This document shows positions 53,701 through 61,795 of a DNA stretch of 64,000 bases, in pieces. The stretch's first letter is position 1; every line of letters begins with the position of its first letter. The notes beneath the pieces are model-generated. The model was not told where the DNA came from. It saw only the letters and a program-made list of their open reading frames with translations, and searched no databases. Origin of the DNA: Rhina ancylostomus (lineage: Eukaryota); NCBI GenBank assembly GCA_030265395.1, contig JARFYF010000022.1, positions 42,473,567 to 42,537,566 of the forward strand, written 5' to 3'. A program made the translations under genes and the position numbers.

Positions 53701-56700
53701 GTTTGACTTGCAACAGCACGGTTCAGAAAAACATAGGAAAGTAATCAAAATGATAGGACAATATAAGAAAAAGACATTTCTATTGCACTTTGTTTTTTGG
53801 GATCCAGGTAAAAAGAGCATCTTCATTTCTACCCCATCCTCACTAGCAATGGGCCTGAAAATTCTTCTTTTGACATAATGATAGAAAGGAAATCCTATTG
53901 ATTCAACAGCAATAAAGAACAGTGATGAAAGGACAATTTCTAAGTTGGAGCTGTTACCATTCCATCGTTGCTGCTACAGTTTGCAAGGCAGAAGGTGTTG
54001 GTTTGGTAAATCTGATTTATCAGCCCGTGTCAATGGACTCTATTCAGATACCAATACTGACCCCGGAGCCTGCAGCATATACAATCTTGAGGCAAATTTC
54101 ATGTTCTGGTTCTGGATTTCTTGTGTACTACTACTGTATCGTCAAGTTAGTGGTTTCAAGTTTGTGAAACTTACCGATATCAGAAAGCGAGCTATTTGTT
54201 ACAGGCCACACTGTCTCTACCCCAATCTTATCATGCTGATGTTGATATCCAGCTAAATATCTAACCACTGATGATCTTCACACTGTTGATGGGTGAGATT
54301 AAGTGATGCGAGGTCTTGAAAAACATGTCATTAGTTGTGCTTTCATTTACTTGTGATGCTCAATTATCTGTTTTTTATGTTACGAATGCTACTATCCAAA
54401 TTTCAAACCAAGGGATACGCAGTCTTGGTTCTTTTGTAGACTGACCAGTCTTCATACGCATTCACACCTGTTCTATTGTGTCAGAATAGATACAAATGCC
54501 TTTGAATTATTGCAGAATCATGAGAAAAACAGCCTCACTCTCTAACAAGTAATGGAAGGGAAGTAACTCATGAACTAAAATGATGACTCTCACTTGCCCT
54601 CTAATAGGATCAAACAGGGATAGGCAAAAAATGCCAGCTTGCCACTGACAACTCCATCTCGCAGATAAAAAGATGAAGATGGTTCAGGCAGTGGATGTTT
54701 CCCTAAATAATGGCATGCAGCTGCATATATCCACCTTCTTGTGTGTCGAGTAGAAATGCAAAGAGAAGTATGATCCTTCTGACTCCCTCTGGTCAAGGTG
54801 AGCAGTTGAGGTTCCAATGGAAACAGAACTGAGGTCAGGCAGTAAATAGGTTACTGATGAGCAACTGTCTTAATGACACTTGTGTCAGGACTGCCAATGC
54901 TCTGCGACTAATAGAGAGCCAAACAAAGTTGGGTGGGCTAAATTTATCTGGTGTTATTTTGTAGACAGGTTGTACTAGGACAACATGAGATATTACTGGC
55001 CAGAGTCATAGATGTAATGAACAGCCTTTGCCAGGTTTTCAGTACTATAGCTAAAATATTCATAAAAAATGTTCTAATAGCCATTTAATCTCTTCTCTCG
55101 GGACGATTCTTTGGTAGAATTATTCATTCTTTGGTGGAACTATTCGATGAGTCCCATCTTGTCACCATAATCTTTAAATGCATCCCTTTAAGAGATTTAC
55201 TAACCTTTTGAAAGTAATCACTTAATTCTCTTCTTCCACCCTTTCAGGTCATTCTTTTCAGATCACAATTCATTATGTGCAAACAAAAATTTGACCTCAA
55301 ATAAAAGTTGACCTCAGGTCAACTCTTTTTTATTAATTGACCTAAATCTGTCTCATGTGCCTACGGAAACAGCTTTTTAAAAATTTTTACANNNNNNNNN
55401 NNNNNNNCAAATGTCTTCTGAACTCACTGCTCCAAATCCCTAACCCTAACTCAGTGTATTATGACTGAACTCTAAGAAGTTCTAATAATTGCCATGCTCA
55501 GAACGTAATAGTCTAGCTGTGCCAAAAACCTACATTTTAGACAATATTACTTCATCGTTTTTGCATTCCATTCTTCAATTAATAAAGCCAAGAAATCGAC
55601 ATGCGATTTCTTTCTTTAAAAATTACATCTTTTTGAACTTGTCCTTGACAATATTTATTTATTCCACAAATATGATTGTACCTGCTTCTCTTTTAACATA
55701 TAGTCCTTCTTCACTTGTAATCAAAATGCAATGCTCAAAGTTAAAAGAGTGCAGCCTAGATTCTCAAGAACCCTAGCAGTTATGAGATGTTGCAATTTTG
55801 AAGAAAAACTTTATGAAATAGGATGTTTTCACTAATAAAGAAGTTCACAGGATGACTTGATCATTGTTCAAAACGACAAAAGAATAGGTCCAACCAGGGA
55901 GAAACAAACAATTTCCAATAACTAAATGGATTAGAGCGAGGGAATATAGATGTATAATTTAGGCGGCAAGCAGCAGAAACCATTCCTTTTAACACTAACA
56001 CATCATTGGAAATTGTGAATACTGCAAAAAAAAGCATGTCAACCCATTTTGTATAAATATTACTGTATGGAAGGCACTCAGTGGCTTCCTAACTTTGTGA
56101 AGTGAACTGAGTTGAGAGAAGACACAAGAGATGGCAGTTGCTGATTTCTGGAGCAACAAACAATTTGCTGGAGAAACTCAGAGGGTTGAGTAGCCCGTAA
56201 GGGGAGGACATGTTGACGTGTTGGATCAAGACCCTGCATCAGGACTGAGGGAACACTGGCACCTATGATTCTTAGGAAGGCCAAGAGTAACATCTTCACT
56301 AGATTGCCGCCATATTCCATGATGCATCAAGTTCTGTTCCTGCCACACCCTTTAACACCACATTGACTCAGTTTTGGGAGATCCAAGGAAATTAGATGGT
56401 GAGAGGGAAACATTATAAAGAACTATCAAATGTCGGCAAGTTGTTGATTTATGGAAAGAATCTTCATAATTCTTCGACTTGTTTTGTTTCTATGCTCCAA
56501 CTTCAGAACTTCTAATTGGTCTTAACCCTCCATCAGATCAGGCTTTATTTTATCTCTCTGTAAGGTCTTTCAAAGTTTGATACGCAATCTTAAAAAACGT
56601 TTTTATTTTATGATTTATTTTACTTCAAAATGAAAAAGTTTGAGTAATTTGTCATTCTGTAAGTTAGGTGATTTCAATTTTTGATTGGTCAATCAGAGAT

Positions 56701-59700
56701 TCTTTTAGGATATGACGACCTGACTAGGATTTAAGAACCAGGCTGGCTGAGGTAAAAAATATCAACTATTTCATGGCATCAAGTCCACTGCCAACCCGTT
56801 GAGCAGCTGAAAAGTCAGATGTGCCAAATTTGGCCAAGTGATTGCTCAGCTGGCTGTCCAGCTACAGTACGTATCAGTGCTGCAGATCAGAACATTCAAG
56901 GGAGAGTACGAAAGATTTAGGTGGTCCACATGGAAGCTTATAAAGAAATGATTGCAGTTTCTCCAGAGTTGTCAGGGAGACAGGATATACAAGATTGCTG
57001 ATCGTGTAGCAACAGTAAATATGAAATGTTATTTGGCAATTGTATTTTTGGACATAATGATTCAGCAGCTTTAGGTGGAAGCAAATCTTATGGCGGTATT
57101 TTATTTATAGCAAAAATGTAAGCAGGCCAGTGAAAACTTAGCCCTTGAAAAGCTCCAGGAAGTGCAGCTGTTATTGCTGAGAAAATTCAATGGTCTGCCA
57201 AAATGAAACGCAAGCTCTCTTCTTCCACTGAATATTTGAAGTTGCTACATTATCAAATGACAACTCGGAGGTCCCTTTCAGAAATTAGCATTATTGGAGC
57301 ATAATGTAAAAAAGTTGAGAAAAAGATACAGTAGATAGATATTGACATGCAATTATAAAATTAGACCAAATTCCATACCTCAGATGTCTTCAGAGAAATT
57401 TCCACACACATCGACCGTCCAATTCCTGGAAGTTGCCCTGCCAGTGCCTTCTTTGCCTCATGGGTGACTTCAAGAATATCCTTTATTGCAAGGTTAAACT
57501 GAAACAGGTAGTACAGTGCTATTTGCCATCAATCCAAGTATATAATAATAAGATTAATTTAGCTTCTTCAAATTCATTCAAATTGTGGTTGATGAATTTA
57601 AGACTTCCATGATGATCAAATTTTATACTTAAATGAAAATTCAAATATTTAATAGCAATCTTATTTCTGAGTTAATCAGACATAACCTTTTTATGACATA
57701 GGTACCCATTTTCAGAGAAATGCTTTATTCAGCATCAAGTGTGGATTTTGAAAGAAAACATCTTGGCTGCTTTGCCATTTCTACAAAGCAAATCAATAGC
57801 TTGCCAAAACATTCAGCCTAGATACACACAGTTTGTGCAGGGGTAGTTGAAGTCTGTAAAACTGCAACTTTGCAACAGTTAGCATACAAAGGTATTATTT
57901 GGGAGAGAAGGTGAATTTCCTTACCCAGTCTGAGCCTGTAGGGGAAGAGCTTGAACGGGTACATATCTTTTCCCCAAGCCGTGCTTGTACAATCACCTGA
58001 ACCGTCTGAAAAACATGGCAGTCAAAAGCATAAGAAATTGGAGCAGAAGTAGGCTGTATGGGCCCTCAAGCCACTCCTGCCACTCAACAAATTGGATCTT
58101 GGCTACAGTTCCATTTTCCTGCCCGATGCCACAATAATTCAAATAAGACACCATACAGTTTAATTTCTTGCCTCCATTGACAGCAGAAACGCCTTTATGT
58201 TTTATTTATTAATCTAACCTTTGTTGCAATAATTCAGAAGCAAAATAATTTTACAAATTTGATTCTAGCTGAAGTCAACTGGGAAGGGAGATAGCACAGT
58301 AAAAGAAAATAAGAGTTTTACTTCCCAGTCTCTTTTTCCACCAACTTAATTTGAAACTTAACCCACTAAAACACCCAGGAGCTACAGCTTTGCAATCATT
58401 CCACATTAAGATTGCCTAGTGACAATCCATTCACCGAAAGGAAGCTTCTTCAGTTTGTCACATTGCCGCCGTTAGTTTAACAGCTGATGCGATGAATATT
58501 TTTATGATCGACAAACAATTGCAATGTATTAGTTATTGTCCTCATGTTTACACCATGAATGCTCCTCAGCTGTAAGTGTGAAAGTGTATGGATATCTAAA
58601 GATATTAACATCTGTAACAAGTATTAAACTGAAATTGTCATCAATCTAACAAACATATCAATTTATGATACTTTCTCACCATAGATGTACTATTCTTTTT
58701 AACTTTAATTGTGTTTAATATTATGTCTTAATTATTTATCTGTAGGTAACATGTGGCAATGGAGACTTTTAGCTTCTTCACCTTTATTTTTAAGGAAAGA
58801 CCTTAATTTTTAACTAAATCAAATGGCATCTTTTGAAGAAATTGACTATTTTTTTAGTGTTCAGACCAATATTTATTCTTAATAAATAGAACTAAAACGC
58901 AGTTAATCTGGTTATTAACATATCACTATTTGTGGGATCTCAGTGTGTTCAAATTGATAGCTATGTTTCTTTTAAAACAATCGTAAATGAACTTCAAAAG
59001 TTCTGGAGCTGGAGTGAGAGAGTTTAAAAGAGGCAAGTCTCGGTGCTTGTAAGCTAATTGTGAGTTAACAGCTGATTGGCTAATTAGCTAATTAACAGCA
59101 GCCAATAAAAAGAAGGCAGGGTCAAATGGGGTGACCATTGTGAGGGTAGAGAGCTGAGACTTCAGTTTAAGGAGCTTCAGTGAAGAGGCACAGGTAAGGT
59201 TTTCATTTTCCTGTTAATCAGTGACACTTGACTGACTGTAGACAAACTGGCAGTCAGGGCAGTGGAATGCTCCTCCTGCAAGATGTGGAAAGTTAAGGAA
59301 CCTCAGTCTCCTGGTTGACTACATCTATGGGAAGTGCACCCAGATGCAGCTCCTGACAGACTGGGTCAAGGAACCAGAGGGGTAGTTGAATGTACTCTGG
59401 ATCATCAAAGAGGGTTGGTTACAGGTACGGGTGGAGAAGTGGCAGATGGAGTTTAATCTGGGTAAGTGTGAGCTGTTGCACTTTGGGAGGTCAAGTGAAA
59501 GGAGAAAGTATACAGTTAATGGTAAGCCCCTTAACAGCATTGAGATACAGAGGGATCTTGGGTTTCAGGTTCATATTTCCCTGAAAGTGGATAAGGTGGA
59601 AAAGAAGGTGTATGGCATGCTTGCCTTCATTGGTCGGGGTGTTCTGGGAGATGGAGGAATTTAAAGGTGACATGAGGAGCAAGTTTTAAAATGCAGAGTG

Positions 59701-60309
59701 GTAGATTCCTGGAATGGGTTACCAGGGTAGTAGTGGAAGCAGGCACTTTGGAGGCTTTTAGATGGACATTGGGATACGGATGATACACAGGAGGATGTTC
59801 AGTAGAGATTAGCTTTGATTGGCACAACATCATGAACTAAGTAGCCTGTCCAACACTGTACTGTGTATTGGATGTATAAAACAAACTGGAAATGCTCGGC
59901 AGGTCACACAGCTGGGTGTTTTGAGGTAAGAAACATTGACTGTCTCTCTTTGCACAGATGTGGCATGACCTCTTGAGTGTTCCTGACACTTTTTATGTTA
60001 AGCTTCCAGCATCTGCAGTGCCTTTGATTTTTATTGTTAAATGTAAATCATTTTGGAATATCCTGACAGCATGAAATTTCACCATTGTAAAGCAAGTCTT
60101 TCTACTGTAACAAGCTCATAGTGCAAAGATAAATTGGGCATGTTTATATGTAGGCAAAGTTTGATACTAACTACAGGTCTCATTTAAACTGGAAATTATC
60201 ACATCTCTGTTAGCATCAATTGGTAATATTCTATTTGTACCTTCAGGGCAAAGAATTTAATGAACTTATCCAGGTCCTTTTTATCCTGGGGACTCAGTTC
60301 ACCATCCAT
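8638..60309 (-). CDS. ATG13: Autophagy-related protein 13, spliced CDS span (17 coding exons, about 551 aa if the exon 13 frameshift is corrected)
   Basis: Ordered minus-strand exons with GT-AG boundaries translate to [23 protein letters not shown]...[10 protein letters not shown]. This is colinear with vertebrate ATG13 (N-terminal HORMA domain, disordered middle, LIR, C-terminal ULK1-binding tail). Splice phases are consistent at every junction except for the extra base in exon 13. Confidence 0.97.
9950..10640 (-). mobile_element. CR1 LINE 3' fragment, decayed
   Basis: Reverse complement of CR1 3'UTR/ORF2-end phrases (ctctgggtgaagaaat, agatcacctcacattcttct, gtttgccttctt). Confidence 0.65.
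11694..11822 (-). CDS. ATG13: ATG13 coding exon 16 (129 nt)
   Basis: [43 protein letters not shown]; ATTTAG| and CTG|GTAAGA. Confidence 0.97.
13655..13965 (-). mobile_element. V-SINE/HE1-like SINE
   Basis: gggaggaaacc...gagaacatacaaactccacaca core on +, same family as 7321-7625. Confidence 0.75.
14734..14847 (-). CDS. ATG13: ATG13 coding exon 15 (114 nt; LIR motif DEFVMV)
   Basis: [38 protein letters not shown]; AACACAG| and CTT|GTAAGT. DEFVMV corresponds to the human LC3-interacting region DDFVMI. Confidence 0.96.
15639..15716 (-). CDS. ATG13: ATG13 coding exon 14 (78 nt)
   Basis: [26 protein letters not shown]; TTTTACACAG| and ATG|GTGAGA. Confidence 0.95.
16420..16860 (+). mobile_element. 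CR1 fragments (RT start plus 3'UTR)
   Basis: [16 protein letters not shown] near 16450-16530; 3'UTR agatcagccatgatcttattgaatggtggagcaggctcga...ctcctgctcctacttatgttct. Confidence 0.7.
17290..17900 (+). mobile_element. L2-like LINE 3' fragment, decayed
   Basis: gatattaaaattctcatccgtgtgttcaaa (KILIRVFK) and downstream text resemble L2 ORF2 C-termini. Confidence 0.45.
19163..19278 (-). CDS. ATG13: ATG13 coding exon 13 (116 nt as assembled; contains an apparent 1-nt frameshift)
   Basis: The 5' part reads [11 protein letters not shown] in the incoming frame, while the 3' part [22 protein letters not shown] is in a shifted frame; TTTTACAG| and CAG|GTATGG. Confidence 0.9.
20614..20873. repeat. 80-bp direct repeat flanking a 100-N gap (probable assembly overlap artefact)
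   Basis: 20614-20693 and 20794-20873 are identical except g20651/t20831. Confidence 0.85.
20898..21037 (-). CDS. ATG13: ATG13 coding exon 12 (140 nt)
   Basis: [46 protein letters not shown](S); TTAACAG| and CAG|GTACAG. It ends in the ATPSSS motif, the region of the ULK1 phosphosite in mammals. Confidence 0.93.
21824..21868. repeat. Short tandem repeat, about 15 bp x3 (gtgtgacaagtctcc)
   Basis: gtgtgacaagttgct gtgtgacaagtctcc gtgtgacaagtctcc. Confidence 0.8.
23123..23345 (+). pseudogene. Harbinger Myb/SANT-like accessory ORF relic
   Basis: SKFSDS (23151-23168) ... [12 protein letters not shown] (from 23249) ... S*I*-YKC-GD. This resembles PRFSD...AWxEVAxxV...WxQCRKRFNDL of Harbinger Myb/SANT proteins, with stops and frameshifts. 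Confidence 0.5.
24190..24720 (+). mobile_element. Possible Ty3/Gypsy (Gmr1-like) gag relic
   Basis: Broken frames give REHELAR ... [15 protein letters not shown] ... WTQMLQT, resembling gag motifs PKFxExDVDxY...WxxLLQ. Confidence 0.35.
25530..26966 (-). pseudogene. PIF/Harbinger DDE transposase relic (HARBI1-family), interrupted by a CR1 insertion at about 25750-26375
   Basis: Colinear minus-strand motifs: ATG at 26966; [26 protein letters not shown]; [14 protein letters not shown]; [16 protein letters not shown]; [15 protein letters not shown]; VCN-KMFLH; LLEDE; then beyond the insertion [15 protein letters not shown]; [10 protein letters not shown] and an acidic tail. Confidence 0.7.
25750..26375 (+). 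mobile_element. Internally deleted CR1 (endonuclease piece plus 3'UTR) nested in the Harbinger transposase
   Basis: [26 protein letters not shown] endonuclease motifs, then a CR1-type 3'UTR (tggagcaagcttgagaggcccagtgg). Confidence 0.7.
27330..27785 (-). mobile_element. Penelope-like element relic
   Basis: Phrases such as ttggcagcaaaggtgatgaaattttctagctc and cccattgttcccaca resemble the reverse complement of Penelope-type RT repeats; heavily decayed. Confidence 0.35.
28705..29030 (+). mobile_element. CR1 3' fragment
   Basis: [25 protein letters not shown] followed by a CR1-type 3'UTR. Confidence 0.75.
29182..29295 (-). CDS. ATG13: ATG13 coding exon 11 (114 nt, phase 0-0)
   Basis: [38 protein letters not shown]; TTCTTTCTCCCAG| and CAG|GTAAAG. 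Confidence 0.93.
29900..30190 (+). mobile_element. RTE-clade LINE reverse transcriptase relic
   Basis: [16 protein letters not shown] (30099 onward) matches the RTE RT motif GVKQGCVxAPxLF. Confidence 0.55.
31835..32250 (+). mobile_element. CR1/L2-group LINE 3' fragment
   Basis: [29 protein letters not shown] ... KSWNSLP is a typical non-LTR ORF2 C-terminus. Confidence 0.65.
33221..33319 (-). CDS. ATG13: ATG13 coding exon 10 (99 nt, phase 0-0, likely cassette exon)
   Basis: [33 protein letters not shown], matching the 33-aa insert of the long mammalian isoform (CVFTVTKAHFQTP...FSHQ, from memory); GTGTAAAG| and CAA|GTGAGT. Confidence 0.9.
35393..35486 (-). CDS. ATG13: ATG13 coding exon 9 (94 nt)
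   Basis: [31 protein letters not shown]; CTCTGCAG| and CAG|GTAAGG. Confidence 0.95.
35948..36473. repeat. 90-bp inverted repeat (35948-36037 / 36384-36473; 88/90 identical) enclosing a SINE
   Basis: The arms were compared base by base and show two mismatches. It is also visible as the twin ORFs [22 protein letters not shown] on opposite strands. Confidence 0.95.
36065..36383 (-). mobile_element. V-SINE/HE1-like SINE (head appears clipped at the inverted-repeat arm)
   Basis: catgtctttgggatgt..aggaaactgga..gaaacccatgcaatcacagg..ctccacacagac core on +. Confidence 0.75.
37531..38012 (+). mobile_element. Solo LTR, probably Ty3/Gypsy (contains a gap at 37837-37936)
   Basis: Begins TGTCA and ends TGACA; flanked by ACCAC (37526-37530) and ACTAC (38013-38017), a 5-bp TSD with one mismatch. 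The 3' end ctgcatttgggttc...gtgaca resembles fish Gypsy LTR ends. Confidence 0.65.
40515..41035 (-). mobile_element. CR1 3' fragment
   Basis: aatcatacagcaccgaaacaggccctttggcc tail; the minus strand reads [16 protein letters not shown]; gaactgtacacaatactcca corresponds to LEYCVQF. Confidence 0.8.
41742..41840 (-). CDS. ATG13: ATG13 coding exon 8 (99 nt)
   Basis: [32 protein letters not shown](R); TTTCACAG| and CAG|GTGGGA. Confidence 0.95.
46100..47100 (+). mobile_element. CR1 ORF2/3'UTR fragments, internally deleted
   Basis: [18 protein letters not shown]; GVPQGPV; KFADD-K; then 3'UTR. Confidence 0.75.
48822..49049 (-). mobile_element. V-SINE/HE1-like SINE, relatively young (CpGs retained)
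   Basis: tgtgggaggaaaccggagcacccggaggaaacccacgcagacacgggagaacgtacaaact; B-box-like GGTTCGATTCCC on the minus strand. Confidence 0.85.
49833..49929 (-). CDS. ATG13: ATG13 coding exon 7 (97 nt; end of HORMA domain)
   Basis: [31 protein letters not shown](R); CTCACAG| and CAG|GTAATG. Confidence 0.96.
51713..51753 (-). CDS. ATG13: ATG13 coding exon 6 (41 nt)
   Basis: [13 protein letters not shown](G); TTTTGCAG| and AAG|GTTTGT. Confidence 0.95.
52962..53102 (-). CDS. ATG13: ATG13 coding exon 5 (141 nt)
   Basis: [46 protein letters not shown](R); TTATTCAG| and AG|GTAAAA. Confidence 0.97.
53417..53463 (-). CDS. ATG13: ATG13 coding exon 4 (47 nt)
   Basis: [15 protein letters not shown](K); TTTTATTTCAG| and AA|GTAAGT. 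Confidence 0.96.
57379..57498 (-). CDS. ATG13: ATG13 coding exon 3 (120 nt)
   Basis: [40 protein letters not shown]; GTTTCAG| and GAG|GTATGG. Confidence 0.97.
57925..58005 (-). CDS. ATG13: ATG13 coding exon 2 (81 nt)
   Basis: [27 protein letters not shown]; TTTTTCAG| acceptor and TGG|GTAAGG donor. Confidence 0.97.
59050..59870 (+). mobile_element. CR1 derivative: 5'UTR and ORF1 start joined to an ORF2 end piece and 3'UTR
   Basis: 59250-59400 aligns by eye with the ORF1 start at 1620-1770. From about 59420 it reads [34 protein letters not shown], followed by a CR1-type 3'UTR. Confidence 0.75.
60241..60309 (-). CDS. ATG13: ATG13 coding exon 1 (69 nt; the exon extends to an acceptor at 60320, giving 11 nt of 5'UTR)
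   Basis: [23 protein letters not shown]; Kozak context CCACCATGG; acceptor TCTTCAG before 60320; donor AAG|GTACAA. Confidence 0.96.
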
Positions 60310-61179
60310 GGTGGGAAAATCTGAAGATAAAGCAGAAAATAAAAATTCAATTAAACTGCACAAGATATAGAAAACTGCAGTATTGCTTGAAAAGTAGCAT
60401 GTTTTCATTAGCCAGCTCAGTTTAAACTTCAACCTCCAAACAAAGGGTATGTTATGCTCACTATTACTTTCTCTATAACTGCTCACTGATATTCAAGGAA
60501 CAGGAGTGTGTTTTTGCTCCCTTGCAGAGCCATAATGACTGAACTGCATCTCTTCAACCCTTGCTGATACGAAGGTAACTTACAAAACAAAATCATAATG
60601 GAGGCAAAAATATTATCCCAGTAACTAATATTGGTTGCAGGCCTTGCAGATATAAGGTTGCGAAACTTGCAAAAAGTTCTGAAAGCTGAAACTTCTCAAG
60701 ATTTCTTTCCTGTTTTGATTATTGCCTATATTTCCCATGATAACTTTGTCTTTAGTAAAGACATTATTTTCCTGTGGGTACAAAGAATGTGGTGATTTGC
60801 CAGACAGCCCCGTTGGTTTAAGCTGTACTTTCAAGTTCAGGTATAGGTAAGTCCTGAGCACAAAGAGTTCAAGCTGCAGTTTCATGCTCAGCTGACTAAA
60901 TAGACTGTCCAAAACTCTACTGGGTTTTACTTGCATTGACTTTTCCTAATGTTGTATTATTCCACTATCGTAGGAAGGAGTAATGCTGTCTGCTACATAG
61001 TGAATCTTGGAATTCTATCACATAGAAATTGGCCCTTTTGGCCCAACTTGTCTATGCCCACCGTAGTACCTATCTATGCTGATCCCATTTGCTTGCATGA
61101 GGCCCATATCTGTCTACACCTGTCCAAATTTCTTTTAAATATTGTAAATCTGTCAATACACCTTGAGCAGTTGGTTCCA

Positions 61180-61795
61180 GATAACCACCATATTATTGCT
61201 TTATTATTTGGTTCATTTTTGCAATGTGTACTGAGGTACAGTTTAAAAAAAAAATTCCCTTGCATTCTATTCATACAGATCAATTCATCATACAGTGCAT
61301 TGAGATAGTAAAAGATAAAACGGTGCAGAATAAAGTCTCAGCTGTAGGGAGTGCAGGTGGACAATAAGGTGCAAGGTCATAATGAGCTAGAATAAGATCA
61401 AAAATGCATCTTATTGCATAAGGGAACCATTCAATAGTCCTATCACCATGGGAATAGAAGTGAGCCTGGTGGTTTGTGCTTTCAGGCTTTTGTATCTTCT
61501 GCCCAATGGGAGAGAAGAGAATGCCCCAGGTGGGTGGGGTCTTTGATTATGCTGGCTTGCTTTACTAAGGCAGTAGGAAGTGTAGACAGTCCATGGAGGG
61601 GAGGCTGGTTTCTGTGATGAGCGGTGTCCACAACTCTGCAGTTTCTTGTGGTCACTAGTAGAGCAGTGCCAAGCCATGATGCATCTGGATAGGATGCTTT
61701 TTGTAGCGCATTGATCTTTTTTCAAAAAAAATTAGTAAGGGCCAATGGAGACATGCTGAATTTCTTTAGACTCCTGAGAAAGTAGTGGTGCTGAA
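61180..61795 (-). mobile_element. Rex1/Babar-type LINE 3' fragment
   Basis: The minus strand reads SILSRCIMAW..DHKKLQ..LPLGRRYKSLKAQTTRL; same family as 136-750. Confidence 0.75.

Noticed and set aside
55105-55330. 20-bp tandem pair and a small palindrome (aaaagttgacctcaggtcaactcttt)
   Set aside because: Short features inside decayed repeat sequence, with no RNA-gene hallmarks.
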